DNA from: an uncultured Candidatus Saccharibacteria bacterium
Lineage (GTDB): Bacteria > Patescibacteriota > Minisyncoccia > 2-02-FULL-40-12 > IGHO2-12-FULL-4
DNA length: 58,226 bases
Assembly: GCA_964580765.1 (NCBI GenBank)
Contig: CAZOKW010000002.1
Location: forward strand, 1 to 58,226
Direction of reading: 5' to 3'
This document shows, piece by piece, positions 7,762-15,172 of this stretch. Every line of letters begins with the position of its first letter. Positions within the stretch are counted from its first letter, which is position 1. Position numbers and translations under genes: made by a program. Below the pieces are notes generated by a model. It was not told the DNA's origin and searched no databases. It worked only from the letters and a program-made list of their open reading frames with translations.

Positions 7762-9558
7762 ATGAAGCAGTTTCTGAAAAGACTTATCGAGGTTTACCGG
7801 CCCTACCGTTGGGCCATGCTGGGAGTGTTCGCATTCATCGCGCTCTCCCAGGCGATCAACCTCGCCGCGCCGTACCTGCAGGGAAAAGTGATCGACAACC
7901 TCATCAACAAGAGGCCGCTCGATCAAATCTACCTGCTCGTGCTGGCAACGCTCGCGATGTCGGTGCTCCATATCGTAGTGGTGAGCTATCTGCGAGAACT
8001 GTACGAAATCAAGAACATTGATTTCTCGGTTCCGCGGCATGTGAGCCGTACGACCATGGAACGCATGCTCGGATTTTCCATCGGGCAGCACATCAGCGAA
8101 AACTCCGGCATCAAGCAGAGCATCATCAGTCGCGGCCAGCATTCGCTGACAACACTGGCGATGCAATCGCTGTATCAGGTGCTCCCCACGATCGTAGAGG
8201 TCTTCTTCTTGATCGGGGTGCTCCTGTACTTCAGCAAGGTGCTCGGTTCGGTGGCGCTCATCGGTGTCGTCGTCTATACATCGTTCATCATTTTCACCAA
8301 CACGCGTTTCCGTAGCGACTACAAGAAACTAGAGGACATGCAGAACAAGAACTCTAAGTTTCAAGGAGAAGTGCTTCGGAACGTCGAGTTGGTGCTGTCG
8401 AACGGACAAGAGCAGAGAGCGGTTCGGGAATGCGATGAGAGTTTCGGCGAGGTCGCTGACTTCGGCCGAGATATTGCAACCCGTTTCAATCGTTTCGCGG
8501 CAACGCGGAATATGATTGTCGGTCTGGTACGGTTCTCAATTCTGGCGACTGGGGTCTACCTGGTTTACAGAGGCGATTACACGGTCGGGCAGCTCGTGAT
8601 GTTCCTGTCGTGGGCAGGCCAGGCGCTGGGGCAAGTCTCCAACGTCGGCAACCTGCATCGGCAGATCATCCAGCTCTACACGTCGGTACAAAAATACTTC
8701 GACATGCTCGCCATCGAGCCCGACGTGACGGTTCTGCCCAATCCGGTTCGTCCGGACAAGTTCAAGGGCAGGATCGAGTTCAAGAACGTCACGCTCCGCT
8801 ACAAACGGCGCGATGATCCTGACGGCGAAGAGGAGAAGGAAACGACTCCTTCGATCCTTCGGGAAGTTCATCTCGCGCTGAAGAATGTCAGTTTCACTAT
8901 CGAGCCAGGTCAGACAGTGGCATTCGTCGGAGAGTCCGGCGCAGGCAAGACGACTATTGTCCATGCTCTGCTTCGAGCTCAAGACCCCGAAGAAGGCCAG
9001 ATCGTCGTTGATGGCAACGATCTGCGAGTTCTCGACCTGAAGCATTTCCGCGAATCCATCGGGATCGTGGATCAGGAAGTCTCGCTGTTCGACCACACGC
9101 TCCGCTACAACATCACTTATGGGCTGAACGGACGCGGAGCTTCCATCACCGATGCGGACATGGATCGGATTGCCGAGATGTCATGCATCAACCGCTTCTT
9201 CCCGAGGCTGGAGAAAGGATACGATACAATCATCGGGGAACGCGGGATCAAGCTGTCTGGAGGCGAGAAGCAGCGAGTGGGGATTGCCCGAGCGCTCATC
9301 AAGGACCCGGACATCCTGATCTTCGACGAGGCCACGAGCAATCTGGACTCGGAGAATGAAGCGCTGATCCGAGAGTCCATCAAGAAGGCATCGCAAGGAA
9401 GGACAACCATCATCATCGCTCATCGGTTCAGCACGATCCGTCGAGTAGACAAGGTGATCGTGTTCGAAAAGGGTTCGGTAGTCGGTCAGGGAACGCACGA
9501 AGAGCTTGCTCTGAACTGCGAACCCTACCAGCGTCTAATCAGGAACCAGATGATATAA
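7762..9558 (+). CDS. ABC exporter, fused permease and ATPase (MsbA/ABCB-like), GC-rich
   Basis: Walker A 'GESGAGKTT', signature 'LSGGEKQR' and Walker B 'ILIFDEATS', with an N-terminal 6-TM domain. Composition differs strongly from the neighbours. Confidence 0.9.
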   Translation: MKQFLKRLIEVYRPYRWAMLGVFAFIALSQAINLAAPYLQGKVIDNLINKRPLDQIYLLVLATLAMSVLHIVVVSYLRELYEIKNIDFSVPRHVSRTTMERMLGFSIGQHISENSGIKQSIISRGQHSLTTLAMQSLYQVLPTIVEVFFLIGVLLYFSKVLGSVALIGVVVYTSFIIFTNTRFRSDYKKLEDMQNKNSKFQGEVLRNVELVLSNGQEQRAVRECDESFGEVADFGRDIATRFNRFAATRNMIVGLVRFSILATGVYLVYRGDYTVGQLVMFLSWAGQALGQVSNVGNLHRQIIQLYTSVQKYFDMLAIEPDVTVLPNPVRPDKFKGRIEFKNVTLRYKRRDDPDGEEEKETTPSILREVHLALKNVSFTIEPGQTVAFVGESGAGKTTIVHALLRAQDPEEGQIVVDGNDLRVLDLKHFRESIGIVDQEVSLFDHTLRYNITYGLNGRGASITDADMDRIAEMSCINRFFPRLEKGYDTIIGERGIKLSGGEKQRVGIARALIKDPDILIFDEATSNLDSENEALIRESIKKASQGRTTIIIAHRFSTIRRVDKVIVFEKGSVVGQGTHEELALNCEPYQRLIRNQMI

Positions 9559-9650
9559 CCTAAATCGGTCGCAATTTAAAATAAAGGAAACCAAGAGCCT
9601 GACCAGCTCTTTTTTGTTGCGGAAAATAGAAGTTTTGCTATACTTTATCC

Positions 9651-10703
9651 ATGCTTTGGCAAACTTTTGGATTTGAAAATATTAAGAAATACTTTGTCCC
9701 GATTTTGTTTCCGACCGAGTCGGAATTACAAAATCGAGGATCCTCGATTTCAAACATCCCGATTTTAAAAAAAATAGAGGATGATGAAATCGGGAAAAAG
9801 GCGATAGAGCAAGATTCTTTGGAGCATGCTTATCTTTTCAGCGGACAGGAGATGATCGGCAAAAGAACTTTTGCGCTGGAATTAACACAGTATTTGTTGT
9901 GGGAGGTTTCTAGGGGCAAATCAGCTATACCACCCACTCTCGACCCTCGACTGGTCGCTCGGGAGTTTTCGAGTAGGTGTATGGCTGATTTGCCTACTGT
10001 TTCCACTTGGCCTCTGGATAATTTTATTCCCAACCTGTTGTTACTAGAAAACCAGGTTGGTATAGACGAAATTCGTAAACTTAAAAGTTTTTTGAGTTTA
10101 AAGCCGTATGCGGGGCGTTATAAAATTGCCATTATCGATAATGCGCATAAAATGGGAGTAGAAGCGGCCAGCGCCATACTGAAGGTCTTGGAAGAACCAC
10201 CAGCGCATTCTTTGATTATTCTGGTTAGCGCCAACCCGCAGGCCCTTCTCCCGACTATTTATTCTCGTTGCGTGGAAATTAAATTCGCTCCTCACCCACG
10301 GACCGAGCTTTTGAAATATTTAAGTAAATTGGGGCTAAGCGGAGTCCAGGCGGAATTTTTAACCGATTTTTCCAATGGCCGTTTGGGGCTGGCCTACCGG
10401 CTGAAAGAAAAAGACGCTTTTAAAGACATCAAGAAAAATTTAGAGTGTTTTAACCAACTATTGAGGCTAGGCCTCAATGACCGGATGAAATTTGCCGAAA
10501 AAGTTCTAACTGGAGATAATGGTTCGGAACAAGCGGTAGAGTTATTGCTTTATTGGATGTTCTACCTGCGCTCTGATTTTTCAAAAAATTTAAAAATAAA
10601 CCGCGCTAAGGTTTTAAGGAATATTCTGGAAACCAGGCAAATCTTATCCCAACCCCAATTTAACCAGAGGTTGGCCTTGGAAAATTTATTGATTAACTTA
10701 TGA
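9651..10703 (+). CDS. holB: DNA polymerase III delta' subunit (clamp-loader AAA+), with two in-frame repeat inserts
   Basis: 'AYLFSGQEMIGKRTFA', 'KIAIIDNAHKM', 'LKVLEEPP' and 'PTIYSRC' sensor motifs. Confidence 0.8.
   Translation: MLWQTFGFENIKKYFVPILFPTESELQNRGSSISNIPILKKIEDDEIGKKAIEQDSLEHAYLFSGQEMIGKRTFALELTQYLLWEVSRGKSAIPPTLDPRLVAREFSSRCMADLPTVSTWPLDNFIPNLLLLENQVGIDEIRKLKSFLSLKPYAGRYKIAIIDNAHKMGVEAASAILKVLEEPPAHSLIILVSANPQALLPTIYSRCVEIKFAPHPRTELLKYLSKLGLSGVQAEFLTDFSNGRLGLAYRLKEKDAFKDIKKNLECFNQLLRLGLNDRMKFAEKVLTGDNGSEQAVELLLYWMFYLRSDFSKNLKINRAKVLRNILETRQILSQPQFNQRLALENLLINL
9696..9766. repeat. Family-4 palindromic element in-frame in holB
   Basis: Flanked by TCCCGATTTT direct repeats. Contains hairpin TTCCGAC/GTCGGAA and the perfect palindrome AATCGAGGATCCTCGATT. 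A related copy is nested at 13505-13562. Confidence 0.75.
9915..9994. mobile_element. Family-2 80-bp MITE-like element (TIR GGCAAATCAGCYATAC) in-frame in holB
   Basis: A reverse-complement copy at 15084-15163 differs at only a few positions. It has terminal inverted repeats of 16 nt or more. Confidence 0.85.
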
Positions 10704-10705
10704 TT

Positions 10706-10908
10706 GGTGATAGCGAATATTACTTTTTCCGGACGCTCACTTTTTTCCTGCGAAAAAGTTCGCTCATTGTAAGCTGTGGATTCAGAAAAGCAGACTTTTC
10801 TGTCCAGCTCGCCTCTTTTTCCGCATAATTCTGCTGAATAGACTGCAAAAGAGGCTCGCGAGCAACCCACAGCTTACAGTGCCTTCAAAAGTAATATTCG
10901 CTATCACC
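10706..10908 (+). repeat. long-hairpin element, copy A (candidate structured RNA or insertion element)
   Basis: 22/22-bp outer arms (10706-10727 / 10887-10908). The core is shared with copies at 13387, 19948 and 27011. Confidence 0.8.
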
Positions 10909-10917
10909 AAAACAAAA

Positions 10918-11463
10918 ATGGACTTAAATAGCCACAAAAAAGAATTTGATAAAGTCATTGAGCACTTCAAAGGAGAGGCCGGTTCAATTCGCACCGGAAG
11001 GGCCACTTCTTCTTTGGTGGATGAAATTTCAGTAGAGCATTATGGCGGTAAATATCAGATTAAAGAACTGGCTACTATTTCTATTCCCGAACCGAAGACA
11101 ATTTTAATTCAGCCATGGGATAAGAGTGCTAATGATTCTATCATTAAAGCCATCAAAGAAAGTAATTTGGGTCTTAATCCAATTTCTGACGGCCAGGGGG
11201 TTCGTTTGGTGATGCCGGCTTTGACTGAAGAGCGCCGTAAAGAATTTATTAAATTGCTTGGTCAAAAAGCGGAAGACGCCCATATTGCTGTGCGGCGAAT
11301 CCGCGGAGAAATCTGGGATGATGTGCAGGAAAAGGAAAAAAACCATACTGTCAGCGAAAACGAAAAGTTCAAAGCCAAGAACGACCTCCAGAAATTAGTG
11401 GACGAATACAACAAAAAAATCGAGGAAATTCAAAAGAAAAAAGAAGAAGAACTGATGATGTAA
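10918..11463 (+). CDS. frr: ribosome recycling factor
   Basis: 'MDLNSHKKEFDKVIEHFKGE...IRTGRA...LNP...EERRKE' is typical of Frr. The start was moved to the ATG at 10918 because the track's N-terminal extension reads through the repeat arm. Confidence 0.9.
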   Translation: MDLNSHKKEFDKVIEHFKGEAGSIRTGRATSSLVDEISVEHYGGKYQIKELATISIPEPKTILIQPWDKSANDSIIKAIKESNLGLNPISDGQGVRLVMPALTEERRKEFIKLLGQKAEDAHIAVRRIRGEIWDDVQEKEKNHTVSENEKFKAKNDLQKLVDEYNKKIEEIQKKKEEELMM

Positions 11464-11484
11464 TGGGGAGCATGCCACGATACC

Positions 11485-11513
11485 TTGACACCATTAAGAT
11501 ATGGGGCTATAAT
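11485..11513 (+). promoter_or_regulatory. consensus sigma70-type promoter (TTGACA-17 nt-TATAAT)
   Basis: TTGACA at 11485-11490, a 17-nt spacer and TATAAT at 11508-11513. Confidence 0.6.
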
Positions 11514-11571
11514 GTATATTAGACACTAGCTGTCTATGGGCTAGTGAAAAGTCAGAAAAAGGAGATGAATC

Positions 11572-12150
11572 TTGAAAAACTTTTTTGTTCTTTCGATGCT
11601 TTGCGCGGTTTTGTTGGCTGGTTGTCAACGGGAAGTTCCACCGGCCCAGTCCTCGAGCCGGCTCCCCGGCTTTGGCAATTGGAACGCAAATAGCCCCCAA
11701 TCTGCGAATGAAGAAATTCTAGCCATCCAGCCGGACACCACCCGGAAAGAGTTGGTGTACTTTTTCGAGGGGAGTCCTACAGACGAGGTGGCCTACGTCC
11801 ATATGAATATGGAGTTGACCAAAAAAGCCATTGACTCCTCGGAGTTTCAGAGGGGATCTGATTTTGCCAATAACCTTGGCAAAATTAAAGGCGTAGACCA
11901 TGTTTCAATCTACCGGTACAAGATTGTGGTGTTTAAGAGCCCGCTCTTTGAATGGAAGGAAATTGTCCCCCAGGTTGTCGAGACGGTACGCCAGGAACGG
12001 GCGCCGAATGCCAAGGCCGTCGAGCGGAAAATCGACCGCATCTTAGGAATCGAGGACGATCTCCTCGACTTCTACAAGAAATATCTGCCAACTCTACCAA
12101 GGTCGTCGTTTGGCGGGGATCGCATAAGTACAGAAAATCTCGTTTTCTAA
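11572..12150 (+). CDS. lipoprotein of unknown function (GC-rich cassette)
   Basis: TTG start 8 nt after AAGGAG. Signal peptide with lipobox 'LLAGC'. Confidence 0.65.
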   Translation: MKNFFVLSMLCAVLLAGCQREVPPAQSSSRLPGFGNWNANSPQSANEEILAIQPDTTRKELVYFFEGSPTDEVAYVHMNMELTKKAIDSSEFQRGSDFANNLGKIKGVDHVSIYRYKIVVFKSPLFEWKEIVPQVVETVRQERAPNAKAVERKIDRILGIEDDLLDFYKKYLPTLPRSSFGGDRISTENLVF

Positions 12151-12161
12151 ACAAAAACGAG

Positions 12162-12195
12162 ACGCCCCGGCGCGTGACGCACCGGGGCGTTTTTC
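12162..12195 (+). terminator. rho-independent terminator
   Basis: ACGCCCCGG / CCGGGGCGT stem followed by TTTTT. Confidence 0.75.
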
Positions 12196-12197
12196 AT

Positions 12198-12237
12198 TGT
12201 AAGGGCCGCCCTCGTCTAGGCGAGGGCGGCCCTTACA
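12198..12237. other. 17-bp perfect GC-rich hairpin without a T-tract
   Basis: TGTAAGGGCCGCCCTCG / CGAGGGCGGCCCTTACA. Confidence 0.7.
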
Positions 12238-12292
12238 TGTGTCTAATTTGAGTTAACTACAAATTTTTGGTAAGGTTGAAATCTATCTAAAT

Positions 12293-13381
12293 ATGATCAC
12301 AGCGATAATTTTTATAATTATTATCGGAATTTTGGTGTTGGTGCATGAACTCGGCCACTTTATTACGGCCAAAAGAGCGGGGATGAAGGTGGAGGAGTTT
12401 GGGTTCGGATTTCCGCCCCGTCTTTTTGGTATTAAAAAAGGGGAAACGATCTACTCAATTAACTGGATTCCCTTTGGCGGATTTGTAAAAATTTATGGAG
12501 AAAGTGGCGACCCTCCTTCGCATAAAGCTACGGAGGGCAAGGAGGAGGCGGATAGTCCGCGCAGTTTTGCTTCCAAAAAACCAGGGACCAGAGCCAAGGT
12601 CATTGTAGCCGGAGTGGTGATGAATGTCATTCTGGCTTATTTTCTTTTGACGGTTGGGAATGTGATGGGTTTAAGAACGGCTGTTGTGGAAACTGATCAA
12701 AACCCACTGATTCGCGATCGCCGTATTCAAATCATACAGATTGTTCCCAATACTCCGGCGGACGAAGCCAAACTGGAGACATTGGATGAGATTATTGGTT
12801 TTGGAAATGTCGCTGAATTCCAGGAATATATAAACCAAAATAGGGGGAAAAATATTCTGGTGCAAATTAAGCGAGGAGGAGAAATTTTAGAAAAACAAAT
12901 TACCCCAAGAGTTAGTCCGCCTCCCGGCGAGGGGGCGCTGGGTATTTCTTTGGCGGCGACGGGAGTGATTAAATATCCTTGGTATCAGGCGATTTATAAG
13001 GGAGCGGAACAAACGGGGATTTTGTTCATCAATACGGTTTATGGCTACGGAAGCATTATCGGCAAGATTTTCACGACCGGTTCGCCGGGGGCGGATATTT
13101 CCGGTCCGATCGGCATTGCTAAATTTACCGGCCAGGCGGCCAGAATCGGTTTTGCTTATTTACTACAGCTGACTGCTTTGATTTCCATCAATCTGGCGGT
13201 TTTAAATATCATTCCTTTTCCGGCTTTGGATGGGGGTAGATTACTTTTTATTATCATCGAGAAGATTAAGGGTTCTCCCATTCCGCGGCGGGTAGAAAAT
13301 CTGGTTAATTCCATCGGCTTCGCTCTTTTGATTTTACTGATGATTTATGTAACAACTAAAGATATAAGTAGGTTATTTTGA
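12293..13381 (+). CDS. rseP: RIP site-2 metalloprotease (M50, RseP-like) with a PDZ domain
   Basis: 'HELGHF' zinc motif in TM1, a central PDZ-like segment and a C-terminal 'NLLPFPALDGG' motif (here 'NIIPFPALDGG'). Confidence 0.9.
   Translation: MITAIIFIIIIGILVLVHELGHFITAKRAGMKVEEFGFGFPPRLFGIKKGETIYSINWIPFGGFVKIYGESGDPPSHKATEGKEEADSPRSFASKKPGTRAKVIVAGVVMNVILAYFLLTVGNVMGLRTAVVETDQNPLIRDRRIQIIQIVPNTPADEAKLETLDEIIGFGNVAEFQEYINQNRGKNILVQIKRGGEILEKQITPRVSPPPGEGALGISLAATGVIKYPWYQAIYKGAEQTGILFINTVYGYGSIIGKIFTTGSPGADISGPIGIAKFTGQAARIGFAYLLQLTALISINLAVLNIIPFPALDGGRLLFIIIEKIKGSPIPRRVENLVNSIGFALLILLMIYVTTKDISRLF
12509..12547. repeat. Family-6 short GC hairpin insert, in-frame in rseP
   Basis: CCCTCC...GGAGGGCAAGGAGG, encoding 'PPSHKATEGKEE'. 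Relatives at 28286-28317, 46829-46887 and 55747-55778. Confidence 0.7.
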
Positions 13382-13386
13382 GTTTT

Positions 13387-13609
13387 GCAGAATGAAGACC
13401 TTATTGCCTCCTTCGGACGCTCGCTCCACCAGCGTTTCCGCTCGCTCGCGGCGTCTGGGGATTTTGTCTGAAGTAGAAGAATAATTATACTTCATCCAAA
13501 CCGTGTCCCGATTTCCGCTTGCGGAAATCGAGGATCCACGATTCTGTAAACAGAATCGGGACAATCCCCATCCTTAGCGCCTCTGAAGGCAACAAGGTCT
13601 TCATTCTGC
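13387..13609 (+). repeat. long-hairpin element, copy C (with a nested Family-4 element at 13505-13562)
   Basis: 21/22-bp outer arms (13387-13408 / 13588-13609) and the conserved GGACGCT...AGCGCC core. Confidence 0.8.
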
Positions 13610-13835
13610 TTTGAAGCTTAAATTTCCGCAGATCGCCATTTACTTTTTTCAAATATGACCGAGCAGACACAAATAAACGAAGATTTCTGAAATCAAGCCG
13701 GTAATAAAAATTGGGTCCGACTCTTGGAGGGGTACAGAATTTTTGTCGGCTTGATGAAGAAATAGAGTATTATTTACCTGCGAGGGCATCTTGAAAAAAG
13801 TGAGTGGTGGCGAAGGAAAGTTTAAAACCAAACCA

Positions 13836-15068
13836 ATGAAGATTTCCAAGTTATTTAGTAGAACAGAAAGGCAGACGCCGAAAGATGAGACCAGCGCCAA
13901 CGCACAGTTTTTAGAGCGCGGGGGTTTTATTTACAAAAATAACGCCGGGATTTACACCTTTTTGCCCTTGGGTTGGCGGGTGATGGGAAAAATTGCCCAA
14001 ATCATTAGGGAAGAAATGAAGGCCATTGGCGGACAGGAAATATTTATGCCTGCTATGGTAGATAAGCGTTATATGGATGCAACTGGACGCTGGGAGGTGG
14101 AAGTAGCTTTTGAAATTAAGGGGAAAAAAGAAAAAGAAGCCCGCTTTACTTTGGGGTGGACTCACGAGGAAGTTATTACTGAAATTGTTTCTAAATATAT
14201 CAGCTCCTATAAAGACCTGCCTTTTTCCGCTTATCAAATTCAGACCAAATTCCGCGATGAGCCCCGAGCCAAATCCGGTCTGTTGCGGGGGAGAGAATTC
14301 ATGATGAAAGATTTATACAGCTTTCATGCTTCAGAATCCGATATGATGAATTTTTATAATGAAGTGAAAGACGCTTATCATAAAATTTTTGAACGGTGCG
14401 GACTGAAAGCTATCTATACGTTGGCCGCCGGCGGGGTTTTTACCGCCAGTACAACCAACGAATTTCAGGTTCTCTCCCCGGTCGGGGAGGATACGATCTA
14501 TGTTTGTGCCCAGTGTGGATATGCGGAGAATAAAGAAATATCTTCTCTAAAAGATGATTCGTTGTGTCTGAAGTGCGGGGGTAAAGTCAAAGAAGAAAAA
14601 GCTATCGAGGTGGGAAACATTTTCCCTTTGGGCACAAAATACACCGAAGCATTGAATCTACAATACGTCAGTGAGAGAGGAGAGAAAAATTTTGTGGTGA
14701 TGGGTTCTTACGGCATCGGTTTGAGCCGGCTGATGGGCACGGTAGTGGAGGTCCATCATGATGACAAAGGCATTATCTGGCCGGAAAGCATTTCTCCTTT
14801 TAAGGTTCATTTGATAGTTTTGGACCACGAATGGGAAAAAGGCGAACAACTTTACAAAAAACTGTTGGAAAAAGGAGTGGAAGTGCTGTATGATGACCGG
14901 GAAGAAAAAACGGCCGGAGAAAAATTTGCCGATGCCGATTTGTTTGGTTTGCCGATTCGCTTGGTAATTAGCACCAAGACCCTCAAAAGAAAAAGCGTGG
15001 AATTGAAGAGGCGAGAAAATAAGGAAACGGAACTCATCAAATTGACTAACATTGAGAAGCTTTTCTAA
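13836..15068 (+). CDS. proS: prolyl-tRNA synthetase (short form)
   Basis: Class II aaRS motifs ('FRDE.R...GLLRGREF', 'GSYGIG') and a Cys-rich 'CAQCGY...CLKCGG' insert. Start set to the ATG at 13836. Confidence 0.85.
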   Translation: MKISKLFSRTERQTPKDETSANAQFLERGGFIYKNNAGIYTFLPLGWRVMGKIAQIIREEMKAIGGQEIFMPAMVDKRYMDATGRWEVEVAFEIKGKKEKEARFTLGWTHEEVITEIVSKYISSYKDLPFSAYQIQTKFRDEPRAKSGLLRGREFMMKDLYSFHASESDMMNFYNEVKDAYHKIFERCGLKAIYTLAAGGVFTASTTNEFQVLSPVGEDTIYVCAQCGYAENKEISSLKDDSLCLKCGGKVKEEKAIEVGNIFPLGTKYTEALNLQYVSERGEKNFVVMGSYGIGLSRLMGTVVEVHHDDKGIIWPESISPFKVHLIVLDHEWEKGEQLYKKLLEKGVEVLYDDREEKTAGEKFADADLFGLPIRLVISTKTLKRKSVELKRRENKETELIKLTNIEKLF

Positions 15069-15083
15069 TATTTAATATTCTTT

Positions 15084-15163
15084 AGCAAATCAGCCATACA
15101 CCTACTCGAAAACTCCCGAGCGATAAGTCGAGGGTCGAGAGTGGGTGGTATGGCTGATTTGCC
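15084..15163. mobile_element. Family-2 80-bp MITE-like element, intergenic copy
   Basis: Reverse complement of 9915-9994 with only a few substitutions. Confidence 0.85.
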
Positions 15164-15172
15164 AGAGTTGTA

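Noticed and set aside
7681-9498. Long antisense and alternative-frame ORFs inside the ABC exporter gene (for example 7681-8166 -, 8536-9096 -, 9117-9416 -, 9181-9498 -).
   Set aside because: They occur only where G+C is high, so stop codons are rare. They have no start context or recognisable motifs, and they fully overlap a CDS with unambiguous Walker and signature motifs.
10879-10917. N-terminal extensions in the ORF track for frr, proS (13791), greA (19398), lysS (20662), GT39 (26981), the 27081 ORF, mnmA (46563) and others.
   Set aside because: The extensions read through repeat arms or promoter-like AT-rich DNA and precede conserved N-terminal motifs. Internal ATGs give proteins of canonical length.
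13640-13835. A T-box or attenuator leader upstream of proS. There are mutually exclusive pairings: ATCAAGCCG/CGGCTTGAT and CCGAC/GTCGG.
   Set aside because: I found no T-box sequence (AAnnnGGGUGGUACCGCG-like), no specifier-loop architecture and no terminator T-tract. The hairpins alone are not sufficient.
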